DNA of 64,000 nt from Thermoanaerobaculia bacterium. GTDB lineage: Bacteria; Acidobacteriota; Thermoanaerobaculia; UBA5066. Below are positions 57,706 through 64,000 of this stretch, piece after piece. The stretch is from assembly GCA_038319835.1 (NCBI GenBank), contig JBBQDQ010000001.1:19627-83626 (forward strand), in the 5' to 3' direction. The notes beneath the pieces are model-generated. The model was not told where the DNA came from. It did not search any database and saw only the letters and a list, made by a program, of their open reading frames with translations. The translations under genes and the position numbers were made by a program. Within the stretch, counting starts at the first letter, position 1, and the number at the start of each line of letters is the position of its first letter.

Positions 57706-58125
57706 ATGCCGCTCGTCGATCTCGACTCGATTCCCCAGGTCCCGCTCGAATTCGTGAACGCCGACCACCGCGAGGAAGGCCGCCTCCTGAACGTGGTGGC
57801 CGAGGCGGTGGACGCGCTCGAGGCCGGGACGGGCGGCGCGCAAGCCGCGCTCGCGAGCCTCGCCGCGCTCCGCGACCACACGGCCCACCACTTCGGGCGC
57901 GAGGACGACGCGATGCGGCGGACGGGGTTCCCCGCCTTCCCCGTCCACCACGCCGAGCACGTGCGTGTGCTCACCGAGCTGGACGACGAGATCCGCCGCT
58001 TCCGCGAGACGGGAGACGCGGCGCGCCTGAGGGCCTGGGTCCTCGGCGACGTCCCGCAGTGGTTCGTGAACCACATCGAGACGATGGACCTCGTGACGGC
58101 CCGGTTCGTGGCGAGCCGGATCTAG
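57706..58125 (+). CDS. Hemerythrin-like metal-binding protein
   Basis: 'H..EE...H..H...E' pattern ('ADHREEGRL', 'DHTAHHFGREDD', 'HHAEHVRVL', 'WFVNHIETMD'). Confidence 0.6.
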   Translation: MPLVDLDSIPQVPLEFVNADHREEGRLLNVVAEAVDALEAGTGGAQAALASLAALRDHTAHHFGREDDAMRRTGFPAFPVHHAEHVRVLTELDDEIRRFRETGDAARLRAWVLGDVPQWFVNHIETMDLVTARFVASRI

Positions 58126-58201
58126 GAAGAAGCGGGCCCCGGCATAACGGGTGTTCGCGGCGCGCAGCGGGTTAGAATCAATCTCACAGAGGGGCTGCGC
58201 G

Positions 58202-59077
58202 ATGTCGTTGTTCGTCAAGTTCAATTTGATCCTGATCCTGGTTTTCGCCGTGGCGCTCGTCCCGGCGGCCTATCTGTCGAACCAGCTGCTCCAGACGAAC
58301 GCCCGCACACAGATCGTGCAGAACGCGCGGATCATGATGCAGACGGCCCTCGCGACGCGCGGCTACACGAACAAGCAGATCAAGCCCCTCCTCGCGCCCC
58401 GGCTCGCGGAGGAGTTCCTGCCGCAGTCGGTGCCGGCGTACTCGGCAACGGAGATCTTCAACAACCTGCGCGAGAGCAATCCCGAGTACACGTACAAGGA
58501 AGCGACGCTGAACCCGACGAACCCCCGCGACCGAACGGTCGACTGGGAAGCCGACGTCGTGAACGCGTTCCGTGCGGACCCGAAGCTCACGGAAGTGATC
58601 GGCGAGCGCGAGGGGCCGCTCGGGCGCTCGCTCCACCTCGCGCGGCCGATCAAGATCACGGACGCGGGATGCCTGTCCTGCCACACGACGCCCGAGATGG
58701 CCCCGGCGTCCGTCGTGAAGTCGTACGGCTCGAACAACGGCTACGGCTGGAAGCTGAACGAGACCGTCGGCGCGCAGATCGTCACGGTCCCGATGTCGGT
58801 GCCGATCGCGATGGCGACGAAAGCCTTTCAGACGCTTCTCGCGACCCTCGTGGGGGTCTTCGTCTTCATCCTCCTCTTCCTGAACGTCCTCCTGTGGTTC
58901 GTCGTGATCCGGCCGATCCGGACCCTCTCCTCGATGGCCGACCGCGTCTCGACCGGGGACCTCGACGTCCCGGAGGTCGCCGTCCGCGGCACCGACGAGG
59001 TGGCCGTGCTCGCGGGCTCCTTCAACCGGATGCGAATCAGCCTGACGAAGGCCCTCAAGATGCTCGAGGACGAGTGA
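58202..59077 (+). CDS. Membrane protein with periplasmic heme-binding DUF3365-like domain (CxxCH) and cytoplasmic HAMP domain; no output domain
   Basis: N-terminal TM, 'CLSCH', second TM, then a HAMP-like 'IRPIRTLSSMADRVSTGDLDVPEVAVRGTDEVAVLAGSFNRM'. Ends 20 nt before the kinase gene. Confidence 0.6.
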   Translation: MSLFVKFNLILILVFAVALVPAAYLSNQLLQTNARTQIVQNARIMMQTALATRGYTNKQIKPLLAPRLAEEFLPQSVPAYSATEIFNNLRESNPEYTYKEATLNPTNPRDRTVDWEADVVNAFRADPKLTEVIGEREGPLGRSLHLARPIKITDAGCLSCHTTPEMAPASVVKSYGSNNGYGWKLNETVGAQIVTVPMSVPIAMATKAFQTLLATLVGVFVFILLFLNVLLWFVVIRPIRTLSSMADRVSTGDLDVPEVAVRGTDEVAVLAGSFNRMRISLTKALKMLEDE

Positions 59078-59096
59078 CCAGGAAGACGCGGACGCT

Positions 59097-60599
59097 GTGA
59101 CCGACGGAACCCTAGCGCCGGGAGCGCGCTTCGGAGACTACGAAATTCTCGCCGAGCTGGGCGCCGGCGGCATGGGGCGCGTGTACCGCGCGAAGGACCT
59201 CACGCTCGAGCGGACGGTCGCGCTCAAGATGCTCGCGCCCCAGTTCGGGACGGACGCGGGGTTTGTCCAGCGCTTCCTGAAGGAAGCGCGCGCCGCGGCG
59301 CGGCTGAACCACCCGAACATCGTCCAGATTTACGACTTCGGCCAGGACGGAGACACCTACTACCTCGCGATGGAGTACGTCGACGGCCATTCGCTGGGCG
59401 AGTACCTCCGGCGCGGCCACTTCAGCGAGCGCGACGCGATCCTCGTGATCCGGCACGCGTGCCGGGCGCTCGCCGTCGCGCACGCCGAGGGACTCGTCCA
59501 CCGCGACATCAAGCCCGACAACCTCATGCTCACGAGCCGTGGCGAGGTGAAGCTCGTGGACCTCGGGATCGCCAAGCGCGTGGACGAGGACCAGTCGCTC
59601 ACGCAGACGGGCCAGGCCGTCGGCACGCCGCACTACATCTCGCCCGAGCAGATCCGCGGCTCGAGGGATATCGATCCCCGCGCGGACGTCTACTCGCTCG
59701 GCGCCACGCTCTACCACCTCGTGACGGGCCACACACCGTTCCGCGGGACGTCGGGCGCGCTCGTCATGTCGCTGCACCTCTCCCAGCCGCTCGCCGATCC
59801 CCGCACGTACGTCGCGGGACTTTCGGAGGGGATCTGCCGCGTGATCCGGAAGATGATGGCGAAGGACCGCGAGGAGCGTTACGCCGACGTCGACGTGCTC
59901 GACCGCGACCTCTACCGGCTGCAGACGGGGGAGATGCCCGAGGCGGCGGAGCCCGGCGCCACCGCCGTGGAGACGATCGTGCGCGAGCGCGTGCCGTCGA
60001 AGCCCGAGGCTCCCGCGTTCGCACACACAGCGACGCCCGCGCCGCACTCCGCGTTCGACTCGAGCGTCCTGAACCGCGTCGAGGAGCTCCTCGCGTCGGA
60101 GGTCGGGCCGATGGCCCGCGTCCTCGTCCGGCGGGCGGCGAAGTCGTTGCCGTCGCTCGAGTCCCTGTGCGGGGAGCTGTCCGAGCAGATCGGAGCCGGG
60201 CCCGCACGCGAGGCGTTCCGCTCGAGGTGCCTCGTGGCCGGCCGATCGGCGACCCCGCCGCCGGCGCCTGCTCCGCCCGCGACGCCTCCTCCTCCGTATG
60301 GCTCGAGCGCGCCGCGCACGACACCCCCGCCGCTGGAGAGACGACCGACGCCGGCGCCCGCCCACCGGACGCCCGGCGCCTCGCTCGGCGGAGGCAACTC
60401 CGTGTACGTGAGCGACCCGGACCTTCACGCCCTCGAAGCCGAGCTCGCGCGCCACGTGGGCCCGCTCGCCCGCATCCTCGTGAAGAAGGCCGCGAAGAGC
60501 GCGGGCTCTCTGGCCCAGCTCGTCGCGGCGCTCGAAGGCGAGATCCCGTCGGACGACGCGCGCCGCGCCTTCCGGACGGCGGTCAGGAAGCTCCGGTAG
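59097..60599 (+). CDS. Ser/Thr protein kinase with two C-terminal ~55-aa repeats
   Basis: GTG start. 'LGAGGMGRVYRAKD', 'HRDIKPDNL', 'DLGIAK', 'SPEQIRG'. Repeats 'LxxxVGPxARxLVxxAAKSxxSLxxLxxxL...ARxAFR'. Confidence 0.85.
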   Translation: MTDGTLAPGARFGDYEILAELGAGGMGRVYRAKDLTLERTVALKMLAPQFGTDAGFVQRFLKEARAAARLNHPNIVQIYDFGQDGDTYYLAMEYVDGHSLGEYLRRGHFSERDAILVIRHACRALAVAHAEGLVHRDIKPDNLMLTSRGEVKLVDLGIAKRVDEDQSLTQTGQAVGTPHYISPEQIRGSRDIDPRADVYSLGATLYHLVTGHTPFRGTSGALVMSLHLSQPLADPRTYVAGLSEGICRVIRKMMAKDREERYADVDVLDRDLYRLQTGEMPEAAEPGATAVETIVRERVPSKPEAPAFAHTATPAPHSAFDSSVLNRVEELLASEVGPMARVLVRRAAKSLPSLESLCGELSEQIGAGPAREAFRSRCLVAGRSATPPPAPAPPATPPPPYGSSAPRTTPPPLERRPTPAPAHRTPGASLGGGNSVYVSDPDLHALEAELARHVGPLARILVKKAAKSAGSLAQLVAALEGEIPSDDARRAFRTAVRKLR

Positions 60600-60610
60600 G
60601 CGCGCGCGCT

Positions 60611-61069
60611 CTACCGGTCGACCTCGATCCAGGGATCGTTCGGGTCGAGCTTCGTCTTCTCGTCGTACTCGCCCGTGATCGTGTACTTGTACTTGTGCTT
60701 TCCTTCGATCTCGACGAGCTTCTGCGGGATCACCCAGGTGCATGAGCCCAGGTTGTCACTGCACTCCGGCTGGTTTCCCCTGCCGATCTCCTTCTCGTCG
60801 AAGGTGATGACCGTGGATTTGTGGCCGTACCCCCAGGTCACGAGGTAGATCTTCGGAACGATCTTGTCGATCTTGACGGTGCGCGTTCCCGGAAATGCCA
60901 GGGCCTTGTAGTGGCGGGGCTCCTGCTCGAGCGCGGCGAGCCCGACGCCGGCCCGGACGATGGGGGTCTCCGGTGCGATCCTCGTCTGCGGGCAGGTGCA
61001 AGCGCCCGCGAGGGCGGACAACGCTATGACGAGCCCCGTCCGGGCTCGCCGAGACGTTCCGACGGACAT
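60611..61069 (-). CDS. Small lipoprotein, paralog of the 48070..48414 product
   Basis: AAGGAGG RBS 6 nt before the ATG at 61069. Lipobox 'LSALAGAC'. Lower-GC, protein-like body. Confidence 0.65.
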   Translation of the reverse strand: MSVGTSRRARTGLVIALSALAGACTCPQTRIAPETPIVRAGVGLAALEQEPRHYKALAFPGTRTVKIDKIVPKIYLVTWGYGHKSTVITFDEKEIGRGNQPECSDNLGSCTWVIPQKLVEIEGKHKYKYTITGEYDEKTKLDPNDPWIEVDR

Positions 61070-61092
61070 GATCGGCCTCCTTCTCGTTTCGT

Positions 61093-63696
61093 TCATTTTG
61101 CACCCGTCGTGCCCGGCGTCGACAGGGCCTTCTCGAAGAGGGGATCGGGCCGGAGCTCGGCGAGGTCCGGGTCCGCCCGGAGGAGGAACGGGCTGAACCC
61201 GTGCCGGACGCAGTCCCCGACGAGCGCGAGAGCGGTCGGCCGGTCGTGCCGTCTGAGGGCAGCGTGCGCGGCCTCGAGGAGGACGTTCGGGTCGTCCGGA
61301 GCCGCCGCCCGGGCGGCGACGATCGCTTCGCGTGCCCTGGCGTCCTCGCCGAGGAGCGAGAGCGCCTGCGCCCGGTTGCGCAGAGCCGGGATGCTCCGCG
61401 GGTTGACCTGCAGCTCGTCTTCGGCGCGGCGGAGGGCCTCCGTGTACGCGCCGCGCACGCGCTGGGCGTCGCCGTTCGACCAGCGCAGGGCATCGCCGAG
61501 GTTGATCCAGGGCGTCGAGCGCTTCGGTGCGGCGGCGGCGGCCTTCTCGAACGCGGCCGCGGCGTCCGCGTAGCGGCCCGAGTAGTAGTACGCCGTCCCG
61601 AGGTTCGAGAAACCGCTCGAGCTCTGCTGGAGGTCGAGGGACTTCTGGGCGACCTTGACGGCGTCCTCGAGGCGCCCGGTCTGCAGGTACGCTCCGCACA
61701 GGTTCGAGAGCGGCCGGGGGCTCGTCGGGTTCAGGCGCGCGGCCTCCTCGTACGCGGTGATCGCGCGCGCGTAGTCGCCTCTGACGAAGAGAAGCGCGCC
61801 GATGCGGTTCTGGGGCGCCCAGTACGCGGCGCGCGCTGCGGCGGCCCGCCGGTACGCGGTCTCGGCGTCCGCGGTCTTCCCGGAGTCCGCGAGGGCGTCG
61901 CCGAGGTAGAGGAGGGCCTCGACGGAACCGGGATCCCGCCCAAGGGCGCGCCGGAAGTCTTCCGCCGCTTCGTCGAAGCGTCCGGACGCCGCCTTGATGC
62001 GGCCGAGCGTGAGGACCGTCTCGAAGCGCGCGGGGTCGAGCGTCTGCGCGCTCTCGGCGCTCGCGCGTGCGAGGGACACGAACGCGCTGTCGTGTGTGTT
62101 CTGGTACGCCGCGAGGTACGCGCGGCCGAGCGCGGCCTGCACGATCGCGGAGGCGTCGCCGCCCGGGATCGCCTTGAGGATCTCGATCGCGCGCGTGACG
62201 GACGCGGGGTCGTCATACCGCTCGAGGTAGCCAAGCGCGACGACGTAGTCCGTCTGCGGGGCGCCCGCGGGGAGGGACGCGGGCGCCGCTGCGGCACCCT
62301 TCGCGAGCTGGATCTTCAGGGCCGCGACGAGCTTCTGTGTGAGTTCGTCCTCGAGCCGGAAGTGCTCGGCCGCTGGCCCGGACACCTCGCCGGCCGCGAT
62401 CTGTATGGGCGAGCCCGCGAGGGAGATCGAGAACGAAAGCTGGCGCGTTTCGCCCATCTGGCGGACGGCGGGCTGGACGAGGAGGTTCGCGCCGGTGTCG
62501 CGCGTCCACTTCGAAGGGTCGGTCTCCTTGAGCATCGCGGCGCTCGAGGGCCGCGTGATCGCGAGGTTCGGGACGCCCTGGAGCTTCACGCCGAGGCTAA
62601 AGGACACGCCGTCGCAGAGCTGCCGCCCGTCGGGCCGCCCGGTAAGGTCGGTTGCGGGGAGGATCGCGAGGAGCTTGGAGGCCGGCAGGGCCTTTCCGGC
62701 GCGCTCGTGGACGGCGAACCAGAGGAGCGCCGCGCCGACGACGAGGAGGACGGCTCCCGCGGCGAGGAGGGCGCGTCCGCCGCCGCGGCGGGCCATGGAT
62801 CCCGAGCGGCCGGAGGCCGGAAAGATCGCCGTCGTGCGCGAGCCGGCGGCGGCCTCGAGGAACCCGCGCGTGTCCGACACGGCCGCGGGGCGCCCGGCGG
62901 GGTCCTTCTGGAGAAGGCGCTTGATGAGGTCGCGCAGCGGCGCGGGCGTCGTGGCGGGTAGCGCGGCCCAGTCAGGCTCGCGGTCGAGGATCGCGACGAG
63001 GATGTCCGAGACGCTCTCGCCGTCGAACGCCTTCTTGCCCGCGAGCATCTCGTAGAGGAGGCAGCCGAACGACCAGAGGTCCGAGCGACCGTCGAGCGTG
63101 CGGCCGCGCGCCTGCTCGGGGCTCATGTAGCTCGCCGTGCCGAGGACGACGCCCTGGTGCGTCGGATCGGCGGCGATCGTGGGCGAGTGGGAGATCTCCG
63201 GGGAGGCCGCGCCGAGCGCGAAGGCTTTGGCGAGGCCGAAGTCGAGGAGCTTGACCTTGCCTTCCGGAGTCACGTTGACGTTTGCGGGCTTGAGGTCGCG
63301 GTGCAGGACGCCCCGGGTGTGCGCGGCCTCGAGCGCGTCTGCGATCTGGAGCGCGAAGCGGATCGCCTCGTGCACGGAGACGGGCGCGCGCACGATGCGC
63401 TGCTTGAGCGTCTCGCCGGAGACGAGCTCGAGGACGAGGAAGCGGAGGCCGTCGACCTCCTCGAAGCTGTAGATCGCGGCGATGTTCGGGTGGTTCAGGG
63501 ACGCGAGGACGTGGGCCTCGCGCGTGAAGCGCACGAGGCGGTCGGGATCTGCGGAGAAGGCCTCGGGGAGAACCTTGATCGCGACGTCGCGCTGGAGGCG
63601 TGTGTCCCGGGCTCGCCAGACTTCGCCCATGCCTCCCGCGCCGAGGCGCGAGAGGACCTCGAACGGCCCGAGACGGGAACCGGGTTCGAGAGGCAT
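61093..63696 (-). CDS. Ser/Thr protein kinase with TM and TPR repeats (paralog of 48426..51023)
   Basis: Near-identical kinase core ('LGAGGMGEVWRARDTRL', 'HRDLKPANV', 'DFGLAKAF'). 867 aa. Confidence 0.85.
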   Translation of the reverse strand: MPLEPGSRLGPFEVLSRLGAGGMGEVWRARDTRLQRDVAIKVLPEAFSADPDRLVRFTREAHVLASLNHPNIAAIYSFEEVDGLRFLVLELVSGETLKQRIVRAPVSVHEAIRFALQIADALEAAHTRGVLHRDLKPANVNVTPEGKVKLLDFGLAKAFALGAASPEISHSPTIAADPTHQGVVLGTASYMSPEQARGRTLDGRSDLWSFGCLLYEMLAGKKAFDGESVSDILVAILDREPDWAALPATTPAPLRDLIKRLLQKDPAGRPAAVSDTRGFLEAAAGSRTTAIFPASGRSGSMARRGGGRALLAAGAVLLVVGAALLWFAVHERAGKALPASKLLAILPATDLTGRPDGRQLCDGVSFSLGVKLQGVPNLAITRPSSAAMLKETDPSKWTRDTGANLLVQPAVRQMGETRQLSFSISLAGSPIQIAAGEVSGPAAEHFRLEDELTQKLVAALKIQLAKGAAAAPASLPAGAPQTDYVVALGYLERYDDPASVTRAIEILKAIPGGDASAIVQAALGRAYLAAYQNTHDSAFVSLARASAESAQTLDPARFETVLTLGRIKAASGRFDEAAEDFRRALGRDPGSVEALLYLGDALADSGKTADAETAYRRAAAARAAYWAPQNRIGALLFVRGDYARAITAYEEAARLNPTSPRPLSNLCGAYLQTGRLEDAVKVAQKSLDLQQSSSGFSNLGTAYYYSGRYADAAAAFEKAAAAAPKRSTPWINLGDALRWSNGDAQRVRGAYTEALRRAEDELQVNPRSIPALRNRAQALSLLGEDARAREAIVAARAAAPDDPNVLLEAAHAALRRHDRPTALALVGDCVRHGFSPFLLRADPDLAELRPDPLFEKALSTPGTTGAK

Positions 63697-63730
63697 GGCC
63701 CTGGTGAAGTTTATCTACAATCCCGGCCTT

Positions 63731-64000
63731 ATGTCGTTTCACCGTGCGTCCGCCTCCGCCGTCTTTCTTCTTGCCCTGCTCGCCGCCGGCCCCGCCGCCG
63801 CCGCCGAATCTCTTTCGACGTCGCTCTGGAACGCCTGGCCCGCCGCCCGCGTCTACGCGGGCGATCCTTTCGCGCTCAAGCACGCCGGCCTCCGCGCGGA
63901 GCTCGCCCGCCTCGCCGCGCGCCACCCGGGCCTGTTCCGCGTCGACGAGGAAGGGGTGTCCTCCGAGGGCCGGCCGATCCCGCTCCTCGTCCTCGGGAAC
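63731..64000 (+). CDS. Secreted M14-carboxypeptidase-like protein, partial (runs off the window end)
   Basis: Signal peptide, then 'LFRVDEEGVSSEGRPIPLLVLG', typical of the M14 N-terminus ('..EGRPI..L.IG'). Confidence 0.45.
   Translation, partial: MSFHRASASAVFLLALLAAGPAAAAESLSTSLWNAWPAARVYAGDPFALKHAGLRAELARLAARHPGLFRVDEEGVSSEGRPIPLLVLGN

Noticed and set aside
60611-61699. 362-aa extension of the small lipoprotein ORF
   Set aside because: The upstream 210 codons are R/P/G-rich and overlap the kinase gene. A perfect AAGGAGG-N6-ATG at 61069 with a lipoprotein signal peptide marks the true start.
1-64000. tRNA/rRNA genes, CRISPR arrays, IS elements
   Set aside because: No intergenic region shows tRNA-like T-arm/acceptor signatures, rDNA-like conserved blocks, regularly spaced direct repeats or transposase motifs. 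Intergenic spaces are mostly <250 bp.

Overview
High-GC (~70%) bacterial chromosomal window. The protein families (many TPR Ser/Thr kinases, CsbD, DUF6600/FecR-like, ECF sigma) suggest Acidobacteria- or Gemmatimonadetes-like, but this is not proven. High GC produces many long spurious ORFs on both strands; calls below rest on recognisable motifs, RBSs and start/stop coupling. Main content: (i) the 3' part of a PAS sensor histidine kinase and a small stress-gene group (glycine-rich protein, CsbD). (ii) A translationally coupled flavin-dependent-halogenase-like gene and radical-SAM/SPASM gene, convergent with an LpxL-type acyltransferase and preceded by ~1 kb with no convincing gene. (iii) A ten-gene, tightly coupled operon syntenic with the E. 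coli ygeW-ygeX-ygeY-hyuA-yqeA-ygfK-ssnA-xdhD-yqeB 'selenium-dependent molybdenum hydroxylase' (anaerobic purine/uric-acid catabolism) cluster, carrying one extra PLP enzyme. (iv) An SPFH/band-7 operon, a collagen-like (Gly-X-Y) secreted protein, and a 2.7-kb decay zone with three gene remnants (csbD 3' end, phospholipase-D/cardiolipin-synthase fragment, a 3' copy of the glycine-rich gene plus its terminator). (v) Two paralogous STK-TPR kinases, each followed by a homologous small beta-protein gene. (vi) A heme (CxxCH) DUF3365-HAMP protein upstream of a third Ser/Thr kinase. (vii) A second, TAT-exported Mo-hydroxylase pair, a sortase, OmpA, HMG-CoA lyase and CoA-transferase genes. No tRNA, rRNA, CRISPR array, integrase or transposase was recognised.
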